Shown here piece after piece: positions 9,340-18,653 of a stretch of DNA of 64,000 nucleotides; the stretch's first letter is position 1, and each line of letters opens with the position of its first letter. The DNA comes from an uncultured Bdellovibrionales bacterium (lineage in GTDB: Bacteria > Patescibacteriota > Minisyncoccia > Moranbacterales > UBA1568). The position numbers were made by a program, and so were the translations under genes. Location: assembly GCA_964500505.1 (NCBI GenBank), contig CAZCNN010000001.1, forward strand, positions 131,826 to 195,825, read 5' to 3'. Below the pieces are notes generated by a model. The model was not told where the DNA came from. It saw nothing but the letters and a program-made list of their open reading frames with translations, and made no database searches.

Positions 9340-11301
9340 TTACCCAAAAAACCCAGCCACCTGAGTCACCAAGACCAGGGCTGCGAGAGCAATAGCGATA
9401 GCGATAGTAGCATAGGTCACGATCTTCTTGCCTGTTTCTGCCTTGCCTTCATCTCCTCCAGCCGTGAGATACATGAAGCCACCGATAACAAGCATGATGA
9501 TCGCGATGATGCCGACGATGGAGAGGAGGAAGCTTAAGACCTTAGAGGCTATCTCAGTAAAGGTTTGGGCTTCTTCGACGACTTGGGTTACTTCTATCCA
9601 GCCTAAAAGTTCTCCAATTTCTTTGAGGAAGGCAGGAGCAGCGATAGCGAGAGCGAGACCGACTACCGAAGCAGTGATAGCCACTTTGGCTTGAGAGACT
9701 CGTGATTCATTCCCGGCCGAGAGGATATACATGACCGCTCCTACGATAATCATGATGATAGAGAGGACGACGATGATACTTTGGAGCGTTGAGAGGACGG
9801 CAGTTAGCACGCTGTCTAGGGAGTTGTACTTGAGGGGGTTGAAGTAGCCTACTCCAGGAGAAGGGAGGGCGAGTGGGGCACAACAAGAGAGTCCGGTATC
9901 ACCACAGGTGCCAGGGGCAGGCTTGTATTTATCAGGTGCACACCCTCCTGAAACACAGGTATTGGGTGATTGGCAGGTGCCGTCGCCACCAGGGGAACTG
10001 GGTGATCCTGGTGACGGTGATCCAGGTGGGAGGGGTGGAGGCGGGGTATTGTTACCTTCTACCAAGACAGTAACTCCTCTTTTCGGACCACTGCCCTTTG
10101 ACTTGGTAGGGTCTTGACAAAACAGAATATATTCCGTACTCACCTGAGGAGAAACAACCAATGATCCTTTCTGCGTACCACTGGCTGTTGATGGACTGGC
10201 CAGTGGCTCTCCACTCATATTCCGATTATCCCACAGTGTACAACCAAAAAAAGCTTCGTGTTTAAACTCCCAAACAAGCGTAACAGATTGGCCGGGGTAG
10301 ATCTGTTGAGGTGGGGCTGGCGAGGCAAAGAATTTGACGATAGTAGTAAAGTATCCAACCTTCACCAAAGCTCCCTTGATCTGCGCATTCGGATGAGAGC
10401 CGGTCTCAGTAGCTACTCCACTACTATCGAGACACCGCAGATTATAATACCCGGTCTGGGTCGGCCATCCTTCAATACTCCCATTCACAGAGACATCTTG
10501 CCAGTCAGACCAATTTGGATCGTAATCCGCTTTCATCTGACAACTCACTGCTCCTGGTGCCTCCCACGAAATCTCCGTGGTGTTTCCCAGCTCTATCTCA
10601 TCAGGATTAGCATCTATATCGATGGGAATATTAGGAGAAGAAGGGGTGCCATTCGAATCCTGACATACACTGTTAAGCCCATCTGGGTTGTATACATAGC
10701 CACTTTTACACCGAAATTCACATTTTTGATTCGTATCCGTTTCAGAATAGGTCCATGCGACACTACCCGTTACATTATCCGTATCATTAGGATAAACTTC
10801 GACATTATCCCCATATGGCATTTGCCCGGTACAGGAGAAATTCCCTCCTCCTACTACCGTAATATTGACCACTGGAGAGGCTGACGTATAGGTAGATAAG
10901 TCGCTACTGACATATCCACAGCGAAATTCATAGATAGTGTTTTGGGTAGGGGTGTAAGAAAATACTTTTTTCGTCAACTCATCATGGAACTCAGGGGCTG
11001 AAGTAGCGCGGATTATCTCTGAATATCCGCTACTATCCGAGATAACACAGGCTAAAGGCTGATTAGAAAGGTTACTTGGCGTGCTGGAGACATGATATAT
11101 GATCCTAATAGTCTCCCCCTTATTAATGGTTGCCGTTGATGGCACCACCCCTTTCGTATCATCCCAACGATCCATGTAAATAACCCAGCCATCAGTCGCA
11201 AGAGATACGGGTGAAGTCAGTCCAAAACTCATGATGAGTCCCATGATGCCTCCGAGGAAGAGGGTTCGAAGATGGGTGTGGGTACATGGGGTGGGTGACA
11301 T
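9340..11301 (-). CDS. Large secreted/surface protein: signal peptide, roughly 400-aa extracellular region, Pro-rich linker, Cys-knot, two tandem TrbC/VirB2-like (T4SS-pilin-like) 2-TM modules (paralog A)
   Basis: Probable start MSPTPCTHTHLRTLFLGGIMGLIMSFGLTSPVSLA (ATG at 11299-11301). C-terminus has two repeated modules, IVGAVMYILSAGNESRVSQAKVAITASVVGLALAIAAP and VIGGFMYLTAGGDEGKAETGKKIVTYATIAIAIALAAL. Linker PPPPLPPGSPSPGSPSSPGG. Paralogous to the gene at 28455-30410. Confidence 0.7.
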   Translation of the reverse strand: MSPTPCTHTHLRTLFLGGIMGLIMSFGLTSPVSLATDGWVIYMDRWDDTKGVVPSTATINKGETIRIIYHVSSTPSNLSNQPLACVISDSSGYSEIIRATSAPEFHDELTKKVFSYTPTQNTIYEFRCGYVSSDLSTYTSASPVVNITVVGGGNFSCTGQMPYGDNVEVYPNDTDNVTGSVAWTYSETDTNQKCEFRCKSGYVYNPDGLNSVCQDSNGTPSSPNIPIDIDANPDEIELGNTTEISWEAPGAVSCQMKADYDPNWSDWQDVSVNGSIEGWPTQTGYYNLRCLDSSGVATETGSHPNAQIKGALVKVGYFTTIVKFFASPAPPQQIYPGQSVTLVWEFKHEAFFGCTLWDNRNMSGEPLASPSTASGTQKGSLVVSPQVSTEYILFCQDPTKSKGSGPKRGVTVLVEGNNTPPPPLPPGSPSPGSPSSPGGDGTCQSPNTCVSGGCAPDKYKPAPGTCGDTGLSCCAPLALPSPGVGYFNPLKYNSLDSVLTAVLSTLQSIIVVLSIIMIIVGAVMYILSAGNESRVSQAKVAITASVVGLALAIAAPAFLKEIGELLGWIEVTQVVEEAQTFTEIASKVLSFLLSIVGIIAIIMLVIGGFMYLTAGGDEGKAETGKKIVTYATIAIAIALAALVLVTQVAGFFG

Positions 11302-11326
11302 AGAAGAATGCTCCAAGTGAATTAAA

Positions 11327-12526
11327 TTATGATGTGTACGTATGTGTGGCCTCGGGATGAACCGTAGTATCATGAAGGAAGCAAGTTTCAAAGAGTGCGA
11401 CGAAGAGGACGATGGCCACGAGGAAGAAAATACTCTGCACTGGGAAGACAGCGAGCATCAGTGCTGAGAGGAGTGCGGCCAGGATATTAGCGACGGGCCG
11501 AGCGGTCCGGAAAAACGCAATGATATCCATGTCATCAGGACCAATCTGCTTGTAAAAGTACGAGTCACGAAGGATCTCGATACCCGCGATACCGACCCGG
11601 GTCATAAAGAGGGCCGTCCCCCACACCACGATGTCACCCGGCGCGAGAAATGGCAGGATAAAGGTGGCTGCGGCTGCGATGGCAATACTCCCGATGAGCA
11701 TCTCTTTCTCTCCGAAATAGCGATCAGCCAACCTCCCGAGTGGGTACTGGAGGAGGACAAACGGGAGGAGCATGACGGTAAAGATGATCCCAATCTCACT
11801 CCAGGCAAAACCACTCTCACGGAGATAGAGAGGAGTGTAGACAATCATCAGGGCATAAAAGAACTCAAGCGCGAGCGATACGTGGTAGATTCGGGACAGA
11901 TTCCGCGAAGCGAGCATCTTGCCGAACGTCGCCCGAAATCGAATTTTCTTCTGAATGGTCCGATTATCCAACCGAAAACCGACCAACGTGGCAATGAAAA
12001 TGATGGTATAGCCAATCACCAAGGCCAAAAAGATCCCGCTGTAATCATAGGATTCAAGCGTTTTCACCGAAAGAACTGGAGCAATGAGGAGCCCCGCGTT
12101 CATGATAGTGAGGTAAAGACCCCGGATACTTCCCGACACCTTATCCTCCGAAAAGCTCTCAAGGAGAATATCGAGTGTCACCCAGGTCACATTGGTCGCG
12201 ATAAGGAGAAGGAGTGCTGCCCCAAGCGAAATGTAGGCCGAGGTCGCCGACGCGAGAACCGCAGAAGCGCAGATCGAGAGACCGAGTGAGAGATAGAGGG
12301 CGCGAGCCCGTCCGATAATCCGAATCAGGGGCTGGAGATAGAAGAGACTTCCCAAGACGACGACGTAGGCAAGGAGGTAAAAAACACTAACATTGTCACT
12401 CCCTGATACCTCTGCAAAAAAAGTCGAAAGGATGTAAATAAAAAAAGCGTCGAGAAAACCGAACACGAACGATACGGCACTCACGAAGCGAACTTTTTTC
12501 TTGTTGAGATTTTCTTTGTGCGGCAT
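11327..12526 (-). CDS. MFS-type transporter
   Basis: About 12 predicted TM helices in a 6+6 layout over 399 aa. Confidence 0.65.
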   Translation of the reverse strand: MPHKENLNKKKVRFVSAVSFVFGFLDAFFIYILSTFFAEVSGSDNVSVFYLLAYVVVLGSLFYLQPLIRIIGRARALYLSLGLSICASAVLASATSAYISLGAALLLLIATNVTWVTLDILLESFSEDKVSGSIRGLYLTIMNAGLLIAPVLSVKTLESYDYSGIFLALVIGYTIIFIATLVGFRLDNRTIQKKIRFRATFGKMLASRNLSRIYHVSLALEFFYALMIVYTPLYLRESGFAWSEIGIIFTVMLLPFVLLQYPLGRLADRYFGEKEMLIGSIAIAAAATFILPFLAPGDIVVWGTALFMTRVGIAGIEILRDSYFYKQIGPDDMDIIAFFRTARPVANILAALLSALMLAVFPVQSIFFLVAIVLFVALFETCFLHDTTVHPEATHTYTS

Positions 12527-12630
12527 GCTTTTTGTTTTACCCTGAGCTCGTCACCGTGGTTACGAGAACGACGTGACACGTCGAAGGGTTTTCTCTGTAT
12601 GTATTGAGTATATCACAAAGCCATGGACTG

Positions 12631-13050
12631 TCACTTCATACAGCTCGCGACATAGCCCCGCTTCTCCGCTTCTTCCTTGGTTGCAAAGCAGAGGCGATTC
12701 TCCGGTTTGATCCGCTTGGCCGCTGCGCACGTGGCAAGGTGATACTTGGTGCTATTTTTGCTCCCGACAAACACACACTGCCCCATCTCTGCCCCGACCG
12801 TGACCACTGGCTTGGGAGTACCAAGGATATTCTGTGACGCCGGTACCGTGACCGACTCTCCGGCCACTGCCTGAGCTGGCACCACGCTCGTCGGCATAGG
12901 TGGGAGCGTCACCACAAGTGACCCCTCAGCTTGACTACCTCGGTAAAAATACCCAGCCTCAAAGGACAAAACGCCCACCAAAAACATCCCCAAAAGGAGG
13001 CCGAGACGCCCACCATGCTCGCGAAACCAGTTGATGAGTTGGTCTTTCAT
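12631..13050 (-). CDS. Membrane-anchored hypothetical protein with a C-terminal Cys/His-containing module (YHLATC...RIKPENRLCF...EEAEKRGYVASC), possibly an Ada-like metal-binding fold
   Basis: Start placed at MKDQLINW (ATG at 13048-13050), followed by one TM segment. Divergent from rpmA. The fold assignment is a guess. Confidence 0.4.
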   Translation of the reverse strand: MKDQLINWFREHGGRLGLLLGMFLVGVLSFEAGYFYRGSQAEGSLVVTLPPMPTSVVPAQAVAGESVTVPASQNILGTPKPVVTVGAEMGQCVFVGSKNSTKYHLATCAAAKRIKPENRLCFATKEEAEKRGYVASCMK

Positions 13051-13067
13051 ACTCTTCCTTGCCCTGC

Positions 13068-13096
13068 TTGACCATTCGGGAAAGCCGTGATATACT
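13068..13096 (+). promoter_or_regulatory. Near-consensus sigma70-type promoter for rpmA (TTGACC-17 nt-TATACT)
   Basis: TTGACC at 13068-13073, a 17-nt spacer, TATACT at 13091-13096; AAGGA RBS at about 13131 and the rpmA ATG at 13145. Confidence 0.55.
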
Positions 13097-13144
13097 CTCT
13101 CTACAGTATATCGCAATTCTTCTAATGTGTAAGGACCCCCTCCT

Positions 13145-13441
13145 ATGGCAACCAGAAAAGCGGGTGGATCAACCGCCCTCGGCCGTGACTCGATTTCCAA
13201 GCGCCTCGGCGTCAAGATTTTCGGTAACCAGTCTGTTTCGGTCGGTAACATCATCATCCGTCAGCGTGGGACCAAGTTTCACCCCGGCAAGAACGTCAAG
13301 CAAGGAGAAGACGATACCCTCTTTGCCCTGGCCTCAGGTTTCGTAGAGTTCCAGGCCAAAAAGGTCAAGGATTTCACCGGAAAGATTGTTTCTCGCACGT
13401 TCGTGAATGTCCTCCCAGAAAAGAAATCCGAACAGCAGTAA
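13145..13441 (+). CDS. rpmA: 50S ribosomal protein L27
   Basis: [25 protein letters not shown]...[13 protein letters not shown] matches the L27 signature. Confidence 0.9.
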   Translation: MATRKAGGSTALGRDSISKRLGVKIFGNQSVSVGNIIIRQRGTKFHPGKNVKQGEDDTLFALASGFVEFQAKKVKDFTGKIVSRTFVNVLPEKKSEQQ

Positions 13442-13455
13442 CGTTCGTCCCATCA

Positions 13456-13492
13456 AAAAACACCCCCGAGATTTTCGAAGGGTGTTTTTTGT
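13456..13492. terminator. Bidirectional Rho-independent terminator shared by rpmA (+) and the DUF2207 gene (-)
   Basis: AAAACACCC...GGGTGTTTT 9-bp stem flanked by an A-run (13455-13460) and a T-run (13485-13492). Confidence 0.6.
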
Positions 13493-13503
13493 ATCCATAT
13501 ATA

Positions 13504-15219
13504 CTACCATCCACCGCCCCCGCCCCCACCACCGCCTCCACCCGAGGAGCCTGAGCCACCCGAACCGGAAGGCGTCCCGGTATTCGAAGCAATACTCGAC
13601 GAAAGGGACTCGATGTGGGATGAAAAGCTCTCAGTATCGAAACCTCCCATATCCGACGCCACAAACCAGGCTGGATGATAGCCAGTGAAATACGCTTCGC
13701 CGTAGAGCTCTCGCATCTTGGCGACCCACTCCTTGGTCATCCCAAACACGATTGCAGCCGGGAGCAAAACTTCAAAAATACGCTCTTTTTCATAAAACTG
13801 TTGGCGCGCCTTTTCGGCTGTTTCCATATAGAGTTTGAGCCCTCCGATCTTCCAATTCGTCTCAGTGCCAAGAAGCGTGCGCTTGGGCATCACGAGTCCA
13901 AAGCCGATGAGAATAAGACCCGAAAAGCACACTGCCCCTGCTGCTACCAAGTACGAATGAGCGAGCAAGAAAACGCTCGCCATAATCAAGAGCACTCCCA
14001 ATATCAGGAACAAGACTCGATACTTCAGTCCCTCTTTCACGAGCAATCCCTTGGTAGCGAGTGACTCGGTGACTGACTTTTTGATTTCTGGCACCACTCT
14101 ATAAAACTTATTTTTGAGCGCTGAGAGTTTCACGCTATCGCCGGTGGCAAATATGGCATCAAGGAGAAGCTGCTCTGCTTTCGTCAGCGTGAGACCAGGG
14201 CGTTCATGCTTTTCCAAGATAAACTCCTTGGTCGAGAAAAACAGAATCTTGGTCTCCTCCTCTCGAATAGAAAGTGCTCCCTTGACCGCGAGCTCGATGA
14301 TGCCAGCCGTCACAAACTCGTTCTTCCAGTCACCATTGGTCGAAAGCATGCCGAGTTCAAGAGCATTCAAGTGTGCTGGGATTTCATATTCCGGGATCAC
14401 GACTTTATCCCAAGCTGGATCGTCACCATACTTCCGCCATGTGCGGTACGCCGATCGCCAAACAAGGAAGGGCAAGAGCCAGACGAGATAGGCGCCATAG
14501 GTTTCCCACCAGCCGAATTGATACGGAGTAAATATCCCCTTTGGGACACTGACTGAGAGGGTGATGCCCTCGCCCGGTGCGAGCATCCGCTTGCCGACGA
14601 TAATCAGTCGTTCTCCCTGCCAGCTCGCCTCGGCAAGAGTATTGTCCTTGGCTCCAAGTACCCCGCTATAGAGCGAGAGATTATTCTCCTCACGAGTCAC
14701 TCCCGCCGGAAACACGATACTCGCCTCATAGGCATCGATGTCCATGTCCCAAAAATGGCCATTCACATTCCAGTAAAACTCGTCTGAGGCCGGGTTCGAC
14801 CGGATGACGTTACGCACCTGATACACGATTTTGTATTGGTGGACCCCCGTAACCGTCACATCAGGATCGCCAATCTTCCACGTGATGGTCGCATCACCAC
14901 GATTGACTGTCTCCGTATACGGATAGGACTGCCCGGCAAAGTCAGTGATCGAGATGAGCTCCGTCGGAGTCTTGATCGTTTCTCTCTCAGTTCGGGCCTC
15001 GGTCGGCACAATCCGGAAAATCCCGTGCTTCCCCACACACTCGCCACAGTCAGCCGTGATCCACTCCGTCACCGTCATAGTCGAATCCGGTGCGAGCACA
15101 AACTCGGCTCGGAGATCCTTCACATACCAATTGGACACATTCTCCCGCGCTTCTGCTCCTGATATTCCCATCATGAAAAGCATGAGAACAACTCCGAAAG
15201 TACCAAGAACTCTACCCAT
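13504..15219 (-). CDS. DUF2207-family membrane protein with a C-terminal poly-Gly tail
   Basis: Signal peptide, large extracytoplasmic N-domain, 3 TM helices, cytoplasmic region ending SGGSGSSGGGGGGGGGGGW; architecture typical of DUF2207. Confidence 0.7.
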   Translation of the reverse strand: MGRVLGTFGVVLMLFMMGISGAEARENVSNWYVKDLRAEFVLAPDSTMTVTEWITADCGECVGKHGIFRIVPTEARTERETIKTPTELISITDFAGQSYPYTETVNRGDATITWKIGDPDVTVTGVHQYKIVYQVRNVIRSNPASDEFYWNVNGHFWDMDIDAYEASIVFPAGVTREENNLSLYSGVLGAKDNTLAEASWQGERLIIVGKRMLAPGEGITLSVSVPKGIFTPYQFGWWETYGAYLVWLLPFLVWRSAYRTWRKYGDDPAWDKVVIPEYEIPAHLNALELGMLSTNGDWKNEFVTAGIIELAVKGALSIREEETKILFFSTKEFILEKHERPGLTLTKAEQLLLDAIFATGDSVKLSALKNKFYRVVPEIKKSVTESLATKGLLVKEGLKYRVLFLILGVLLIMASVFLLAHSYLVAAGAVCFSGLILIGFGLVMPKRTLLGTETNWKIGGLKLYMETAEKARQQFYEKERIFEVLLPAAIVFGMTKEWVAKMRELYGEAYFTGYHPAWFVASDMGGFDTESFSSHIESLSSSIASNTGTPSGSGGSGSSGGGGGGGGGGGW

Positions 15220-15231
15220 ACAATTGAAAAG

Positions 15232-16881
15232 CTATTTTTTCTTTTTACACGCTTCGAGAAAAGCGACGAAAAGCGGATGCGGGTGAAGGAGTGATGACTG
15301 GAACTCCGGATGAAACTGGGTGGCGAGGAAGAACGGATGGACGCTCTTCGGTAGCTCGGCTATCTCCATGAGGATGCCATTCGGTGAAGTGGCCGAGAAG
15401 ACCAACCCAGCCGCTTTCAACTGTTCTACATATTCCGGATTCACCTCATAGCGATGACGATGACGCTCCAGAATCTTGGTCGTACCGTAGGCCTTAGCAG
15501 CAAGCGTCTTCGGTAGTACGAGCGCTCTATACTCCCCGAGGCGCATGGTGGCGCCATAGTCCTTCTTCCGCAACTTTTCTTTCTGCTCGGGCATGATATC
15601 GACGACCGGATAAGGCGACTTTTGGTTCACTTCGGTCGTGTTCGCCCCGGACAAACCAAGAATATGGCGAGCATATTCGATCACAGCGAGTTGCATCCCA
15701 TAGCACAGGCCAAAATACGGTATCTGATGCTCTCGACAGTAGCGAATCACCGCTATCTTGCCCTCGATACCCCGACTGCCAAATCCCCCCGGGATAAGAA
15801 TACCATCATACTGCTTGAGCGTGCGGAGGAGCTTGGGATCCTCCTCAAAGTCGGTACTCGCAATCCAGGTGAGCTCGGCTCGGCGCCCCGTCGCACATGC
15901 CGCGTGTTTGATGGCCTCTATGACGCTGATATAGGCATCCGAGAGCACAAAATCACCTGTTTTGAAGTATTTGCCCACGATGCCAATTTTGACCGTTTCT
16001 TTAGCATTCTTGATGCGTTTCACCCGTTTCTCCCATTCCCCCGCTACCATCGCTCGCTTGATTTTTAACCCAAGTTTCTTCATCAGGATTTCACTCAGAC
16101 GATCCTTTTCAAAATTCAGTGGCACATCATAGATACTGTCGACATCAGGAGCGCTTATGACGTCTTCTTGATGCACGCCACAAAAGACGGCGAGTTTCTC
16201 CTTTCGCTTTTCATCAAGGGGCCGATCGGCTCGGGCGATGATGATATCTGGTTGAATACCAGTGCCATTTAAGGTCCGGACGGCGTGCTGAGTTGGCTTG
16301 GTCTTCATTTCTCCGACCCGAGAAGGGGTAGGCACATAACTCACTATGACGGTGGCGATATCACCAGGCGACTCAAATTTGAGCATGCGAATCGCTTCCA
16401 AGAACAAAATGTTTTGGTACTCACCGATGGTTCCGCCTATTTCCACGATGGCAATGTCGGCCTTTGCTTGTTTGGCTGCGTGCTTGATTCGACCGATGAC
16501 CTCGAGTGGGATATGTGGCACCACCTCGACGCATTTACCCCCATATTCCAAGTTTCGTTCCCGCTCGATCACCCGCTGATAGACCGATCCCGTGGTCATG
16601 TAATTTTCCCGAGTGAGCTTGATATTGAGAAATCGCTCGTAGTTCCCCATGTCCTGATCGGTCTCATAGCCGTCAGCGAGCACAAACACTTCGCCGTGCT
16701 CGGTCGGATTCATGGTTCCCGCATCCACATTGATATAGGGATCGATTTTGATAGCAGTTACCACTAGACCTCGAGACTGGAGAATCTTGCCGATAGAAGA
16801 CGCCGTAATACCCTTGCCAACGCCACTCATCACACCCCCTACCACAAAGATATATTTCGTCCGCTTTGCTGTTTGTTTCAT
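15232..16881 (-). CDS. pyrG: CTP synthase
   Basis: KYIFVVGGVMSGVGKGI N-terminus and a GATase C-terminus (GLCYGMQ). Confidence 0.95.
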   Translation of the reverse strand: MKQTAKRTKYIFVVGGVMSGVGKGITASSIGKILQSRGLVVTAIKIDPYINVDAGTMNPTEHGEVFVLADGYETDQDMGNYERFLNIKLTRENYMTTGSVYQRVIERERNLEYGGKCVEVVPHIPLEVIGRIKHAAKQAKADIAIVEIGGTIGEYQNILFLEAIRMLKFESPGDIATVIVSYVPTPSRVGEMKTKPTQHAVRTLNGTGIQPDIIIARADRPLDEKRKEKLAVFCGVHQEDVISAPDVDSIYDVPLNFEKDRLSEILMKKLGLKIKRAMVAGEWEKRVKRIKNAKETVKIGIVGKYFKTGDFVLSDAYISVIEAIKHAACATGRRAELTWIASTDFEEDPKLLRTLKQYDGILIPGGFGSRGIEGKIAVIRYCREHQIPYFGLCYGMQLAVIEYARHILGLSGANTTEVNQKSPYPVVDIMPEQKEKLRKKDYGATMRLGEYRALVLPKTLAAKAYGTTKILERHRHRYEVNPEYVEQLKAAGLVFSATSPNGILMEIAELPKSVHPFFLATQFHPEFQSSLLHPHPLFVAFLEACKKKK

Positions 16882-16957
16882 ACGGTATTTAAAGAGAAAG
16901 AGCCGCTACCAGAGATGAAGTGGCGAGCGGCTCATTGTAAGTTACGTTTTCGCGTGA

Positions 16958-17398
16958 CTATTCCGATTCTACCACAAGTTCAAACGAGGCTTTCACACCA
17001 TGACCAAAATCAGCCGAGAGAGCGAACTCTCCAGTCTCTTTGATGGCTTTGTCGAGGACGAGCACACTCTTGTCGATGGTGATCCCCATGGCCGAGAGAG
17101 CGAGGACGACTTCTTCGCGTCCGACCGAACCAAAGAGCTTGCCATTTTCTGCCTTACTCTTGATCACTACTTTCTTGCCAGAAAGTGCGTTGGCCAAAAC
17201 ACGGCTTTCTTCCGTCATTTTTGCCGACTCTGCCTGACGCTTGGCGACAAACCGCTCGGCCTGCTTGAGTGCTCCGGGCGTAGCCAAATCAGCCAACCCT
17301 TCGGGGAGGAGATAGTTGAAACCGTAGCCATTCTTCACTTCTTTGACTTCAAGCGCCTTCCCAAGGCCCCGAACGTCTTCCAAAAGGATTACTTTCAT
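16958..17398 (-). CDS. rplI: 50S ribosomal protein L9
   Basis: MKVILLEDVRGLGKALEVKEVKNGYGFNYLLPEGLA; start at ATG 17396-17398. Confidence 0.9.
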   Translation of the reverse strand: MKVILLEDVRGLGKALEVKEVKNGYGFNYLLPEGLADLATPGALKQAERFVAKRQAESAKMTEESRVLANALSGKKVVIKSKAENGKLFGSVGREEVVLALSAMGITIDKSVLVLDKAIKETGEFALSADFGHGVKASFELVVESE

Positions 17399-17457
17399 AC
17401 CAAAATCAGTCACCTATTAACTCAGACCAGGATAGCCTACTTCCGGCCTTTTGACAA

Positions 17458-17488
17458 GGTACCACACCAATCATATTGGTGTGGTACC
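17458..17488. repeat. Perfect palindrome GGTACCACACCAAT-CAT-ATTGGTGTGGTACC in the rplI upstream region, plus a half-site TTGGTGTGGTACC at 17508-17520
   Basis: 14-bp arms with a 3-nt centre; the same core recurs at 23845-23901. Confidence 0.6.
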
Positions 17489-17541
17489 AAGGTTCCTACT
17501 CAACAGTTTGGTGTGGTACCAGGGCATCAACGTCTAGCGAA

Positions 17542-18603
17542 CTAGAGAATGAGCATACTATCCCCAAAAGAGTAGAACGCATAGCGCTCCTGGATAGCGA
17601 GGTTATAAAGGTCCATAATGTCCCGCTTAGCCCCCTTATGCCCGAGAAAGGCATCGACTAAGAGCATGAGTGATGTCTCGGGGAGATGAAAGTTGGTCAT
17701 GAGAGCATCTACGGCTTGGAAATGATAGGGCGGGAAGATAAAGATGTCGGTCGGACCACTCATGGGGCGCACCTGGCCACCCTCCATGGCCGACTCCAGG
17801 GTCCTGGTCACCGTTGTCCCCACTGCTACCACTTTCTCCCCCCGCTCATGGGCTGTATTGATAGCCTCAGCCGTTTCCACGGGAATGTGAGCATACTCAC
17901 AATGAAGTCGCTTGGTCTCAAAGTTTTCCGGTCGGAGCGGCGCAAAGGTTCCGAGGCCGACATTAAGCGTCAAACGAGCTGTTTCAATGTTTTTCTGCTG
18001 TAAAGACTCAATGACTCGCTCGGTAAAGTGAAGTGACGCGGTCGGGGCGGCGACCGATGCCCCAGATTCTGCAAAGACCGTCTGATAGCGCTCCCTGAGC
18101 TCCGTCTCAGGTGTACCAGCCCCCTCGAGATAGTGTGGGAGTGGCGTCTCACCAAACTGATCAAGAAGAGCGAGGAGACCCCCTTCAGAGTGAAGTTTCA
18201 CCGAAAAAATATTCTCGGCCTGATCGACCACTTCACAGTATTCACCATTGGGAAAATACAATTTCTGACCGAGAGTGACTTTGCGATCCACGAGGACCGG
18301 GATACGCTCTTCATCCTCAATCTGATTGGCGAGTACAAACACCTCAATCTTACCCCCGGTCTCTTTCGTGAGCCACAGGCGCGCCGGAAGTACCCGGGTG
18401 TCGTTCAAGACCACCAGTGACTGGACCGGAAGATACTTGGCCAGGTTGGCAAAAGTACCCATCGACACAATGTCTGTCTTGGTGTCATACACAAACAACC
18501 GGGCGCTATCACGGGGTTCTAGACCTTTGGTCCTCACAAGTTCCGCCGGTAAATCATAGCGATACCTGGCCAAGTCGGAAAAATGCATCATCTCAATCAA
18601 CAA
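17542..18603 (-). CDS. queA: S-adenosylmethionine:tRNA ribosyltransferase-isomerase
   Basis: TPLPHYL, GTTVTRTLES, HLPETSLMLLV and FYSFGDSMLI motifs. Confidence 0.9.
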   Translation of the reverse strand: MLIEMMHFSDLARYRYDLPAELVRTKGLEPRDSARLFVYDTKTDIVSMGTFANLAKYLPVQSLVVLNDTRVLPARLWLTKETGGKIEVFVLANQIEDEERIPVLVDRKVTLGQKLYFPNGEYCEVVDQAENIFSVKLHSEGGLLALLDQFGETPLPHYLEGAGTPETELRERYQTVFAESGASVAAPTASLHFTERVIESLQQKNIETARLTLNVGLGTFAPLRPENFETKRLHCEYAHIPVETAEAINTAHERGEKVVAVGTTVTRTLESAMEGGQVRPMSGPTDIFIFPPYHFQAVDALMTNFHLPETSLMLLVDAFLGHKGAKRDIMDLYNLAIQERYAFYSFGDSMLIL

Positions 18604-18653
18604 AAATTGATAGCAACACCTTGGTTACATAGAAGTACCTTTGAGCTCGCCCT

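Noticed and set aside
9274-9537. 87-aa plus-strand ORF ending in an acidic DDRDDADDGEEEA tail
   Set aside because: Antisense to the 3' end of the pilin-module gene (paralog A), whose C-terminal modules are repeated and conserved in paralog B.
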